From the NCBI RefSeq assembly GCF_006345805.1, contig NC_042997.1, forward strand, positions 168,144,001-168,208,000: a stretch of DNA of 64,000 nucleotides, read 5' to 3'. The notes under the pieces are model-generated. The model did no database searches. It saw only the letters and a program-made list of their open reading frames with translations, and was not told where the DNA came from. Source of the stretch: Octopus sinensis. Taxonomy: Eukaryota. The position numbers and the translations under genes are program-made. Of this stretch, positions 26,222 to 39,179 are shown one piece after another; positions within the stretch are counted from its first letter, which is position 1; each line of letters starts with the position of its first letter.

Positions 26222-28715
26222 TCATCATCATCATCATCACCATTTAAGGTCCGCTTTCCATGCTAGCATGGGTTCGACGATTTGACTGACAACAGGCGAA
26301 CCAGATGGCTGCACCAGGCTCCAATCTTGATTTGGCAGAGTTTCTACAGCTGGATGCCCTTCCTAACGCCAACCACTCTGAGAGTGTAGTGGGTGCTTTT
26401 ACGTGCCACCGGCACGAGGGCCAATCAGGCGGTACTGGCAACAGTCACAGAAAATCTTGTTTTTTTTTTATGGGTCACCTGCACACCAATCACGCTCGAA
26501 TAGTGCATGAATGCCAGTTAGCCACTCTGGCAACGATCACGCTTGGATGGTGCTCTTAGTGCTCCACTAGTACGAATGCCAGTCTTCGAATTTGATTTTG
26601 ATTCCGATTTCACTTGCCTCAACAAGTCTTCGCAAGCTGTGTCCAATGAAGGGAAGGTACGCATATGTGAGCTGGTTACACTCCTGGCTTAGGCTACAAG
26701 GTTATGGTTTCACTTGGCTTGCTAGGTCTTCTTAAGCACAGCATATTTCCAAAATTTTCAGTCATTAGTCATTGCATCGGTGAGGCCTAATGTTCGAAGG
26801 TCATGCTTCACCATTTCACCCCAGGTCTTCCTGGGTCTACCTCTTCCACAGGTTCCCTCAGCCGCTAGGGTGTGGCATTTTTCACACAGCTATCCTCATC
26901 CATTCTCACCACATGACCATATCAGCACAGTCATCTCTCTTGCACACCACAACTGATGCTTCTTAGGTCCAACTTTTCTCTTAAGGTACTTACACTCTGT
27001 CGAGTATACACACTGACATTACACATCCATCGGATCATACTGGCTTCATTCCTTGCAAGCTTACGCATGTCCTCTGCACTCATGGCCAATGTTTCACTGC
27101 CATGTAGCATGGCTGTTCTTACACATGCGTCATACAGTCTACCTTTTACCCTGAGTGAGAGGCCCTTTGTCACCAGCAGAGGTAGGTGCTCTCTGAACTT
27201 TACCCAGGCTATTCTTATTCTAGCAGCTACACTTTCAGAGCATCCATCCCCACTACTGACTTGGTCACCTAGGCAATGGAAGCTATCAACTACTTCTAGT
27301 TTTTCTCCCTGGAATATGACGGAAGTTGTTCTCTGCACATTTTCAGTGTTTATTGCTCCTGAGCATCTGCCACATACAAAAACTATCTTCCCAGTTAGCC
27401 TTCCTTTGATATTGTTGCACTTCTTGTGTGTCCATAGCTTACACTGGGTACATCTTATAGAGTTTCTACCTACACCTTTTCTAGAGATCAGGCAGGGCCA
27501 TCTACATGAAGGGATTTGTGGTTTGCCTGCCTTCCTACTTATTAAGACTTTGGTTTTAGCTAGGTTGACTCTAAGGCCCTTCGATTCTAATCCTTGTTTC
27601 CACACCTGAAACTTCTCCTTTAGTTCTGATAGTGACTCAGCAATTAGAGCAAGGTCGTCAGCATAGAGGAGCTCCCAAGGATATCCTGTCTTGAATTCCT
27701 CTGTTATTGCCTGGAGGACTATGATAAACAGGAGGGGGCTAAAGACTGAGCCTTGGTGGACCCCTACCTCCACCTGGAATTCTTCACTGTACTCGTTGCC
27801 AACCTTCACCTTACTGACAGCGTCCCTGTACATGGCTTGCACAGCTCTCACTAACCATTCATCTATCTCTAGTTTCCTCATTGACCACCAGATAAGGGAT
27901 CAGAGGACTCTGTCAAAGGCTTTCTCCATGTCAACAAAAGCCAGGTACAGAGGTTTATCTTTGGCCAGGTATTTCTCCTGCAGCTGTCTTACCAGAAATA
28001 TAGCATCAGTGGTGCTTTTCCCTGGCACAAACCCAAACTGCATCTCATCTAAACTGACTCTCTCCCAAATTAGTTAGGCTATGACCCTCTCCTGACCTTC
28101 ATTACCTGATCCAACAACTTGATACCTCTGTAATTATTTGTATCTAAAGCGTCACCTTTTCCTTCGTAGCAGTTGACTATAGTGCTGCTACACCAGTCAT
28201 TGGGTATGACTCCTTCGTGTATCACCTGGTTAACTATACAGGTGACTAGGCTATAGTCGACACTGCCAGATATTTTGAGCATCTCTGCAATGATTCTTGA
28301 TGGGCCAAGGGCTTTCCCTGTCTTCATACTCTTAATTGCTTTATCTACCAAGGTACTGTCAACTAGGATAGCAGGTCCCCCTGTTGGGTCGACATTTGGC
28401 AGACTCTCTTTCTCCCATTCATTTTCTTCATTCAACAACCTTTCATAGTGGCATCTCCAAACCTCTCTCTTTGCAGCCTACAACATCATGATTCTCTCTC
28501 ACACAGTCTTGCAACACGAAATACCTCAAGTCTTTAGTCCTCACGGCACAGAACATTGGCAAATTTTTTCTTATCTGCTTCCCCTCTGGCTAAATAAACC
28601 TGCCTCCTAGCTTCCCTTCTGGCAGTCTGATACAATTCCCTGCTACTCCCATTTCTCTAGTCCTTACAAGCCTGTTTCTTTTCTCTAATAGCCCTGTCAA
28701 CAACATTGTTCCACC
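26222..28715 (-). mobile_element. RTE-clade LINE, 5'-truncated, with RT ORF, 3' UTR and (GAT)n tail
   Basis: 316-aa ORF 26931-27881 with GVHQGSV.SPLLF and WELLYADDLAL; upstream ORF 28079-28438; 3' UTR ~26222-26720 ending in (atg)n. Confidence 0.95.
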
Positions 28716-30529
28716 ACTATGTTATTTTGGGTTGAGAGGGGACTTAGCACCATCCACAGATCTGGTCATATATATATATATATAGAGAGAGAGAGATAGA
28801 TATACATATACATATATGTATGCATGTGTGTTACAAGCAAATGCGCACATGTGTGTGCATAGATAGATAGATTTATTTTCCATCAAGCAACCCCTTAGAT
28901 TCCCCTCCCTCCATGAATCCCATCTCTTCATCATTTGCAGTATTCTCTCCCAAGTTACCTCCATTGCCCCCCAATGCCTTCTCTTTATTTCACCACCTGC
29001 CCTTACAGTTCTTTCTTTTCTCAACTGCTCTCCCTACCCTTCCCCTCCACCATCCTCTTTCCACAGCCTTCCTATCTGGGAGTAACTGATTCTCAAAGAA
29101 AGAAAGAAAAAGAAAGAGAGAGAAGGCAGAAAATTGACTGCTGGTACTTTATTTCATTGAACCTCTGGAAGGATGAAAGGCAAAGTTCACCCTGGTACAA
29201 TTTGAATCCAGAACAAAATGAGTCAGAACATATGCCACAAATTATTTATCTGATACCCTAATGATTCTGCCAATAAATTGCAGTATTCAATGTGACTTTT
29301 TTTTAAGTGCAGGGAACAGAAACTCACTCGTGCTGAAGCCACCATGGAATCTCCTTTTTGTTTACTGTGGCGGAAAATCAGTTTTACAATTCAGATGAAC
29401 TACCATATCAAACTTATTGAGTCTAGTCTGCTTCCATAAAAGTAATGTGGTATCTATGTGAGACAGCGCTGTTGATATGGTATTTGCTGCAAGATAGTGG
29501 CAGGAGAAATGCCAAGAACACCATCAAGATCTTGTCATAATTATCATCCTCATTTAACATCTAGCTTCCATGCTATCATGGATTGGATGAAACAACGGGA
29601 TCTGACAAGTTAGAAGACTGTGTCATGCTCCAATGTCTATTTTGGCATGGATTTCAACAGTTGGAAGCTTTTCCTAACGCTATTGACTTTAAAATGTACT
29701 GGATGCATTTTTGTAACCTCAGCACAAGATTGTCTCATAACTTGAATGGTTATGGGCTTAAAGTAGGAGGATGGGGGTGGATAAGTAAGGTGAGAAGAGA
29801 AAATCTAGAGTTGTGTTAGGGTGGTAGTGGGGAGAGAAACAGTAGTCAAGTAGTTACCAATTGGTCAAGTATGGCAGGTGAAGGAATTAGAAACAGAGGT
29901 TATTGAGAAAAGAGGAGAATAAAGTAGAAAGGTGACAGAGTAGGTTATACATTGGGGAGGTCTAGGGCTACCCTACATTATAAGGGCAGGGATGAACAGG
30001 AAATGTTGGAGAAGGGGACAGGAAGAGAGCAATAGACTAGAGTGAAGAGGAATCCTGAGAGTCATCAAGGGAAGAAGTGTGGGGGTAGGCCAGAGGAGGA
30101 CAGATGAGAAGGGATGTTCAGAAGGTGGAGAAGCTGTGGGTAGAGGACAGTGAGAGAAAATTAGGCAGAGGGTGATGAAGCAGTGGATGAGTGTAGTGAG
30201 ATCAGTGAGGAAAAGAAACACTGGAAGGTACCATGGAGGTAGGGAGAAGAAGAACAGCGAGTAAATACTGTGAAAGCAACCCATGTGGTGAGGCAATGGA
30301 GAGATCTTCATTTGGGAAAGCAGTGGAGAAAAGGATGGCAAGAGAGAAATAGAGAATAGCAGTAGTGAGTGCAGTGGGGTAAAGAAAGAAGTGAAAGGAC
30401 AGGTGGCAAGATAAAGAGGAGGCATTGGATAGCAATGAAGGTAATGTAGAAGAGCAAATGATGAAGAGATAGGAGTCATAGAGTGGGGAATATAAGGTGG
30501 ACTTGGAGGAGATAAAATATATACATACA

Positions 30530-31725
30530 TATATAACAACTTTTTAAACACTAACCTTGTGTCAAGGTGCATTTTACCATGAGTAGACAATTCTTTTGTA
30601 GCACCACATATCACCAATCAGTACAATCCTTTTGTCATCTCATACTTGAAATGTAGGATATTCACCACTTTGACACAAGTATTCCTTGATCTCCCACTTT
30701 CACAAGTTCTAGTAACTTGGAGTCTTCAACATTTTTGCATGTAGCAGTCATCCTCCATATGCATTACATACTGATACCAACACAGCCTCACTTTTTCTGG
30801 TAGTCTACCAGTGATACTACTACTCCTATACCTCTTGTGGGATCATTGTTTACATTGGACATAGCATATGGAGTTTATAGCTACTCATTTTCTGCATACT
30901 GAGTGAAGTACTTCTCGGATGGTACCGTAGTCTTGGCTTGTTTTCTACTTAGTCTTTGCTAAGTATACCTTGAGGTCTTTCAATTCTAGATTTAGCTTCC
31001 ATACCTGGAATTTTCTAATTCCACTATAGATTTAGCTATGACTAGATTATTAGCACATAGGAGTTCCCATTGATGGCCTGGAGAACTGAGCCTTGATGAA
31101 CTTAGACCTTCACACTAAATTCATTGTTGATTCACACTTACTGCATCTTTGTACAGAGCTTGTACAGCCCTCACAAGCCATTTGTCTATACCTAATTTTC
31201 TTAGTAACCACCAACTTACTGAATGTGCTTCCCTGTCAAATGTTTTCTCCAAATCAACAAATTCCAGGGATAGCAGTTTACTTTTAACTAAATACTTCTC
31301 CTATAGTTGCCTCACTTGGAAGATTACATCCATGATACCTCTGCCAGACACAAAACCAAACTGCATCTTATCTAGATTTACTCTGTTACAGACTCTCTTT
31401 GTGAGCTTCATAACTTGATCTAACAATTTAACTGCTCTATAATTTCCTCTCTCTAAAGCATTTCTTTTGATTTTATTGCAGTCATTGTGAATGACACCTG
31501 TATTTTGATTACCTATCCAGGTGGTTATCATGTATCCTACCTCATCGAATATTTTAAGCATTTCTCAAACTATCACTGATGGTCCAGTAGCTTTTTCCTT
31601 TCATACCTTAATCACTTTATCTACCATGCTACTTTCAACATGAATTGCGGGTCCTTCTGTAAGGTCAACAACAGGGAGCCTCTTTATCCAATGCATTCTC
31701 TACATTCAACAGCTTCTCATATTAG
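30530..31725 (-). mobile_element. Old RTE LINE remnant
   Basis: NYRAVKLLDQVMK..VNLDKMQFGFVSGRG..DVIFQVRQL. Confidence 0.75.
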
Positions 31726-31739
31726 CACTATACATGACA

Positions 31740-32400
31740 TTTGTTGATTTAATCAAGGCAGCCTACATTTATTGTGAAACCCTTTTGAAAATTATGTCTA
31801 AGTTTGGATGTATAGATAAATGTACCAACATTGTCAGACAGTTTTATGATGATACAATGGTTTGTGTTCTAATGAAACATAAGCAGACTTTCCTGTCAGC
31901 GATGGTGTGAAACAAGGGTGTGTACTAGCACCAACATCACTTAATATGATGTTTCTAGCAATGTACAGATGCTTTCAATGATAATTCCCCATGTGTTCAC
32001 ATCCTGTACAGACTGAACGAGTGGTAGACTTCACAACCTTGCACCCTTGAAAGCAGTCACTGAAGTCTAGACCAACAATATTCCTGATCATATCTTTGCA
32101 AATAATTGAATATTAAATGGCATACAACAAAGCAGGGACAGGTTTTTTGTGGCTTGCACCAACTTTGGTCTGGCCATTAGCACCAAAAAGCTTTAATGTA
32201 TCAACCCTCACAAGGTTATGAATATACAGAATCAAAAATCATTATCAAGAATATCTGTCTCCAGGAAGTAGAAAATCTCCACAAAATTGCTGTATAGAAG
32301 TTAACAGTGCTCTACATATGATTTATTTCCAAGGCAGAATGAGTGTCATCAACCATCTAAGGACATAAAAAACTCAGTCACACAACCAAAGTCATGGTCT
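31740..32400 (+). mobile_element. Second RTE-type RT remnant, opposite strand
   Basis: FVDL.KA..KFGC..IVRQFYD..DGVKQGCVLAPT. Confidence 0.7.
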
Positions 32401-33082
32401 TCACTGATCACTGATAGGTGAATTCAGAATAACTTCTCCCAGTTTAAAAACATGCTTGTTATTAATGTCTCCCTTAATTGCTGTTAACTGTCCGTTTATA
32501 AAAAGTTTGACTTATTACTAGACGATACATCTGAATATTTCAAAACATATCCAATTGACTTTGTAAAACACAGATACATATTAGTACATTTTCTATAACA
32601 CTACAAATTATTTGACTAACTTATGTACATTCTTACAAAATCTTATATAAACTCTGTCTTATGAATAAAGATGTTATTTGAATTTTAACTGACTTCAAAC
32701 CTGTATTTACAAACCATATGTACAGCATATATATATATGTGTAATTTTTGGACTAATGGGTATATGTCAATTAGTATGTTGATCTGTTGAGTAAAGCATT
32801 ATCATGGTTTGGGCTACCTGGTATCATCTGCAGTTAGGGTGTATTTCCGTTGGATCCACTTCAGAAATTCTGTAGTGTTAGTTGAGAGAATTGATTAACG
32901 AAACAGAAGATGAATTTGGTATTAGTTTTACTTCCAAGTGATGATTGTTTTGACCTATCTTGCAACAGTCGTTTGTAGATGGGATGTTGTGCATCTTATT
33001 GTGTTGCATCAATTTTGCAGTCTGGGTAACATCAGGTACATGCATACATAAAGTGGTGTCCTGCTAAAAGATACTGAATTCA

Positions 33083-33628
33083 AGCGAAACATGCCGCCCC
33101 ACTCAAAATAAGGGTAGAGGAACATCGCAAAGATGTGACATGAGGAGTAATTGATAAATTGGATATAGCTGATCATGTATGGAAAAATGGAGACCACCTC
33201 CCCCGATGAGATGAAGTTAAAATAATAGACAGAGAACACCACTGGAAAATGGGAAAACTGAAGGAAATAGCACATATGCTAGGACTCAAGCAGACTGTGT
33301 TCAGATATGAATAACATATGGAAACCAGTATTTAAGGAAGGATAGGAAAATATTAGATTTATAGGCGCTAAAAAATTCCCTCCATAACTGCCCATGGATA
33401 TATGGCATAGTGGTTAAGATCATGGGATACTAACCCCAAGATTCCAAGTTCGATTCCAGGCTTTTATCTGAATAATAATAATTACATTGAAAAATACCTT
33501 AGGAATGAGAACCCAGGTTCGAAATTTCCCCAAGACACCTGATGAAGGCGGGAGAGTATATCAGCCGAAACATTGTGTTAACAACAAACAAGATGAGGAC
33601 AAATATCCATCAAATGTAAATAATGTAA
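33083..33628 (+). mobile_element. Penelope-like element 3' end: GIY-YIG endonuclease remnant, tRNA-like head, hammerhead, tail
   Basis: With one frameshift, translates ETCRPLKIRVEEHRK..IADHVWKNGDH.P.*DEVKIIDREHHWK..KLKE.AH, the typical PLE GIY-YIG C-terminal half; then A-box 33403-33413, B-box 33448-33456 and the hammerhead. Confidence 0.8.
33534..33579 (+). ncRNA. Minimal type-I hammerhead ribozyme motif, second copy of the same family
   Basis: gacac-CTGATGA-a-GGCGG-loop-CAGCC-GAA-ACAT-T-gtgt; one stem II mismatch; lies downstream of a GIY-YIG fragment. Confidence 0.72.
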
Positions 33629-35189
33629 AAAACTAAGTCCACAAGATTTCTGCCTGATAATCAATCTTCGATTATATAACATCTAGTACCGTTCATATCT
33701 TGATGTCTTTTGCCAGGAACTACATGGTTTCAACTCCTAATATACACAATTTACAAAATTTATATAATTTATCGAGTAGTTAACGATATCTCGGTCACAG
33801 CCCAAATCATCCAAGTTGTGATAAGCCTCAAGTTCCACAAACAAACAATTATTTGTTGATCAATAAAAAAAAAAGTTTTACAACGGTTTGCTGCAGTGAA
33901 CAAAGAAGATTGTTGAAATAGTGTGGTTAATTGAGATATTTTTGTACTATCACCCCCATCATTTCCTTTCATTGACCTATGGACATAACCAAACAAAAAA
34001 ATGGACATTGTAACAATCCTTAGTTCAATAACTGGGATGAGAGCCTCATCACATCTATTATCGATGAGGATAAGAGAACCCTCTTCTTTTGAGCTCATAA
34101 CTTCTGTAGGGAATACGACTGTATGTAAGGAGTTGGTGATAAATGTCTCCTTTAAAACACTGCACGGTCGCCCCTAACAAAATAAGAAGCCAAATAAATG
34201 ATATAAAATACAGTGCCAAAAGGAATAAATGAGGACGACAACCGTTCTATTGTTTGAAAGCTCTAAGACCATGTAGTCGTTCGATCTACAAGAATTAACA
34301 GGCAAATCTTCAAATCGCAATCTACTGTCTTAAGACACATTGACTTATGTAGTTCTATGGAAATGATCAAAAAATGGACAGAATGGTTAATCACACAGCT
34401 AAATAGCAGCTCCTAATAAAGTAAAGCCAACGGGGAAACCTTGCATTGTTGCTCGACCTACTAGAAATAGCTAAATTTCCCACACATCACATCATGTGTG
34501 AAAAAACAAATGCAGACAAGATGGTGATACCTGGTAGATTTGGCTGGAGATACTAGTTACTCGGGTAGTTGACCGGGACCACATGCTACGTTATGTTTGG
34601 GACCTAAGTACATAACATTTGACAATTTTCTTGAAAGAAAATGATACTATAAAAGAGATATAGGAAGTGCTATGAAAGTATTTGCAAATCTGAAGGCGAG
34701 AAAAAAATGCTAAAGATTAATGTGATTTTTAGCCATTTTTGAAAAAAATTGGCTAATTTTTACTATTTTATGATTATTGTTTGGATAATGTTGATATTGC
34801 AAATCAATGCAAAGTGTATTTCAAATGGTCTCCAATATTATTCAAGATCGTTAGATAGATAAATGAAAAGATTTGTGAAGGATTCAGGATCTGTCCCAGG
34901 TCAGAGTGCCCTTATCATCAGGTAATATGGGCCGGAGGAGGGCTACCCTTGCAATTTCCCTATAGATCAAGGTCTAGGACATGTTTAATGTTCATGACAG
35001 AAACACAAATATAAGACATTATTTAAGAAAAATATTAGAAAACACAATATTAAAAAAATCACATTTGTCAGAAAATAGCGTTTTAGTAAAGAACTTCAAA
35101 TCATCATAAGTCATTCCAGCAAGGAACTTGACAGCTATCGAATAAATTTCCATTTTCGGGATTGGCGTGAATGATCAGTCCCTGGGCTG

Positions 35190-37205
35190 TCCATTTTAAT
35201 ACTTCAACAGTAGTCCGCCGTCATTCTAATATCCCAACGTCCTTGATATCTTTCTTTCATCACTTTGATGTCCTGATGTCTCTTTGTTCATCACTTAGAT
35301 CACCACAGTTATCAGGAAGCCAGTCCCGATGACTGTGAAGGAAGTGTACTTTAATACTCATGTTAGCTCCGAGAGCATCAAAGCATGTCAGCAAATGTTC
35401 AACAAGTTCCTTATAGTCCGGTGACTGCTTACTCCCCAAAAAGCTTTTAACGACAGCTGCACATGCATTCCAGGCGTTTGATTCTAGCATAATCATACTG
35501 CTTACAAAGTTCTCATCCTGAATAAGTTTTCGTATATCAGGTCCATCAAAAACACCTGCTTTCAGCTTCTTGATGCTGAGACCAGGAAATACTTCACAAA
35601 TATACTTGAAGCAACAGCCTTCCTTGTCTACAGCTTTCACAAATTGTTTCATTGAACCCAGTTTTATGTGGAGAGGAGGGAAAACTATTTTCTTTCCACA
35701 CAAGTGGAAGATTTATGATGTTTTTCTCTCCGACTTCCAATTCTTCCCGAACAGGCCAAACCTTTTTCACCCAGCGCTGTTCTTTGGCACAGCTGTCCCA
35801 TAAGCATAAAAAAAAGCATAAGTATTTTGTGTAGCCAGACTGTTGTCCAAGTAAAATGTTTACCATTTTTAAATCGACGCGACTGATCCAGTTATGACTA
35901 GAGTAGTTAATACTTTCCATCACCTGTTTTATCAGCTCATACTTTTCTTTCAGTGTAGTGGAGTGTCCAATTAGTATGGAAGCATACATGTTAGTGTTGT
36001 GTAGAAGTACGCACTTCAAGTTGCGCTTTGAACTATCGATAAATAACATCCCCATTGCATTCAGAGTAGGAACTGATGTCTGTTGGGGACTGAGATGTCA
36101 CTGTGGTAGGCCCCCTCAACCCCACAGGTCTTTACTGTCTGCCTTGCTGCCTAAATGCTGGTCACTTTGCTTGTCACACCGAGCTAAACTTAATCGTTAA
36201 GTGGCCCTGGCTTGGATTAATATCCCCTCAGTTCTGAAGCCATTGGGGTTATCCAGAATTGATGGAAAGAGACTAAATGGTCTTACCTTCTGTCCTTGGG
36301 TTAAAGGTAGGTGCCTCATTTGGGACACCACAGTCTACGACTGTGAGCATCATATTCATCAACACCCAATCTAAGAAGTAACTGTTCAATTTCATTACAA
36401 AACACAAGATTGTCGTTTTGTTCAAAGAATGGGGTGAACTCAGTACCTCGGTTGCGGTAAAAGTAACATTTGTTTTAGCTGCTAACAATTTTTTCTAGCG
36501 AAGGCGTGATGCTAACAACTCTGCTGACTCTTTTGATAAATTCAGGTCTCGAATTAAGTCACTCAGTTCATCTTGATTGAACAGTTTTGGTTCAATTGCT
36601 GATTCAAAACAGTCAAAATCACTGTCAGCTTCACTGGCATTATCAAAATCAGGGTTAGAATCACTTTCAGTCATCTTTTCGTACTCTGGTTCTTGTGCAA
36701 GTCGTGTGACTACAGCGGGAACTAGAATATCAGCAATTCCTTGAAAACTGGAGCTGCAGAATCTTCAAAATGTGGTATGGGCCGAATATCAGAGGGAATG
36801 TAGGGGAATGATATTTTCTTCCTGTTCTTCTTGTTGAATCCAACCAAACTAACCATGCAACCATCATGATGATTCTTCGGTTCACGCCATATCATCAGAA
36901 TCCCAAATTTAAGGGAGGTTTGAGTACGTTTTGTCCACAGGCGTATACAGTAATGTATGGCAGTAATGTTTAGAGTGTTTGTTTCAATGCCAATTTGTAT
37001 TGTCATAGCTTGAAGAACTAAAAATAATATTTAGAAATATACAATAGCAATTTTGGTCAAAAATCGTTAATTTTTTTTAATGCTTTTTTTTATACAGCTG
37101 AAACCTGACGTGATGGGAGAAAATGGAGGTAAGTTTTGGATTCAGCACCCCAAAAATAGCAAAGGAAGGTTTCTTTTTCCAGCAGAAAAACTGTGTTGAC
37201 CGGTG
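35190..37205 (-). mobile_element. Chapaev3-like (CMC) DNA transposon, frameshifted transposase
   Basis: WREPKNHHD.C, LFIDSSKRNLKCVLLHN, GQQSGYTKY.CFLCLWDS, PPLHIKLG.MKQFVKA and FDGPDIRKL motifs; 5' end begins CAC next to TAA, with subterminal GGGGTGCTGAAT. Family name from memory. Confidence 0.75.
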
Positions 37206-38084
37206 TAATAGACATCACTATTACCTGCAATCACCTTTGTGCTTAAGAGTAATCTTAGCAATTAATTAAGTCGGATTTCATCCATAAATGGCCCAACACA
37301 ACCTTAACAGTTACATGGTCATTTTATCCTTTAAGGTAGGGTAAACTTAGAAATGATCCAAGATTATTTGGATCTAGATGTAGAGAATGTGCTATTTTTA
37401 AGTCTAAGGAATAGTAATAGGTAGACATTTTAAAGTCGAATATTTCCTACCTTTGCAGAGTCAAAGAAATATCCCTGTCTCTGTTTTCCAAGATCATATA
37501 GATAATAAAGAATGCTAGTGTGTTGGGCGTTATTTCTACCAACTCTTTATACCTGAGTTCAAACCCCGCTGAAGTTGACTTTGCCTTTCATCCTTTTGAG
37601 GTCAACAGAAATGAAGTACCAATCAAGTACTGATGTCGATTCCCCTTTTCTTTTTATTTTCCATTCATTCGGTTGATATCCGACTAGTTATTGCTATTGA
37701 AATGAAGGTAGCAACCAGTACAAGGCCAGGTAAAAAAAAAGAGGCTGAGCTAGGGGCCTGCCACTACCAATAAAAACTAGCTTGTTACGGCACGTCCTAG
37801 TAAACCAAAGAAAACCTTTGTAGCTCAGAAGCAGTTGGTGGGCGTGGACAGAATGAGGAAGTCCCTAAGATTTGATACTATTTTCTTTTCGTCCAATACT
37901 CTTTTAGAAGATACTCTCGGTGCACTCTAAATAATTTTTAAATTTGTAGGGTCACCATTTGGATTGGAATTTAATAAGTGTCCCATGAAGTGGCTTGTCG
38001 ATTAAGATTTACCGAGACCTTTGGAAGTATGCTGAGCGTGAGAAGACCCGGCAGGACAAGTGAGACCATCACCCATGGCCTCAG

Positions 38085-38587
38085 TCCACTTATGTATACC
38101 TTTCCTTCTTGAGACACAAAACCCTACTTGTGAAGACCTGTTGAGGCAAGTGAAAATCAAAAAATCAAAAATCAAAATCGATCAACATGAATGGAAATTG
38201 TCACTGTGATATCAGTGCTGGTGGCACATAAGAGAACCATCCGAACGTGGCCGTTGCCGCCCTGACTGGCTTCCGTGCCGGTGGCACGTAAAAAGCACCA
38301 TCTGATCGTGGCCGTTGCCAGCCATGCCTGGCCTCTGTGCCGGTGGCACGTAAAAAGCACCATCCGACCGTGACCGTTTGCCAGACTTGTCTGGCACCTG
38401 TGCAGGTGGCACGTAAAAAGCACCCACTACACTCATGGAGTGGTTGGCGTTAGGAAGGGCATCCAGTCGTAGAAACATTGCCAGATCAGACTGGGCCTGG
38501 TGCAGCCTTCTAGCTTCCCAGACCCCAGTTGCACCGTCCAACCCATGCCAGCATGGAAAGCGGACGCTAAACGATGATGATGATGAT
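38085..38587 (+). repeat. RTE 3' UTR-derived short copy with ~60-63 bp internal tandem units (also ~20515-20700, 42745-43083, 60930-61420 on +; 62370-62760 on -)
   Basis: Homologous to the 3' UTR of the RTE at 26222-26720; ends in (GAT)n. Confidence 0.85.
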
Positions 38588-39179
38588 TCCATGTCTAAAC
38601 CATTAACTCTTTAAGTTAGTATTCATCAAACTTTGTGGTCGTCAAGGTTTTCCAGAAGCTCTCTTTGTATATAAGAATTTTCTTTCTTTCTGAATAACAA
38701 TATCAAAAGAGGGAACGTAACACGACATTTGAACCGAGTATTCTAGTTTTGTTCTTTTTACATTTCAAGAAATTTTAACATTAAAGATTATTGTAATCTT
38801 AAAGTACACGTGATAATATTCAGGAGTGATAAGTTAGCAGAAATAGACCTGCAAATTAAATACCTTATACTTCTATCTCTTTAGATTCTGAATTCGCACT
38901 TTGGGAAGTCGAGTTTGTCTCCGAATCCCTATGGGATGGATAGAAGTCTGGCGTAGCATGGTAAATTCCATTGTCTCGACCACGGTCGAACAATGATGAT
39001 GATGATGGATAGATTAAGCACCAACACTACACTGCAGTCAACTCCCACAAAATATTGGTATAATGCTGTCCTAGGAATGACAGTATCTTAAAGATGAAAT
39101 ATATTATTTACTATTCAGAATTATATCTTTCCAATTTTACTTTGAATATAGAAAGTTGTAATTTGTGCGTGTGTGTGTG

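Noticed and set aside
26956-27609. 217-aa plus-strand ORF
   Set aside because: Antisense shadow of the RTE reverse transcriptase ORF.
33396-33462. Functional tRNA gene
   Set aside because: A and B boxes are present but the acceptor stem does not close, and the segment is embedded in a repeat.
34890-34985. HDV-like or hammerhead ribozyme (CCTCCTCC and CTGATGA on minus)
   Set aside because: I could not build P1/P2 pairings, and there is no GAAA after a stem II.
38220-38430. CRISPR-like array of palindromic repeats
   Set aside because: The spacers are homologous to one another and the array is part of a LINE 3' UTR in a eukaryotic genome; no cas genes.
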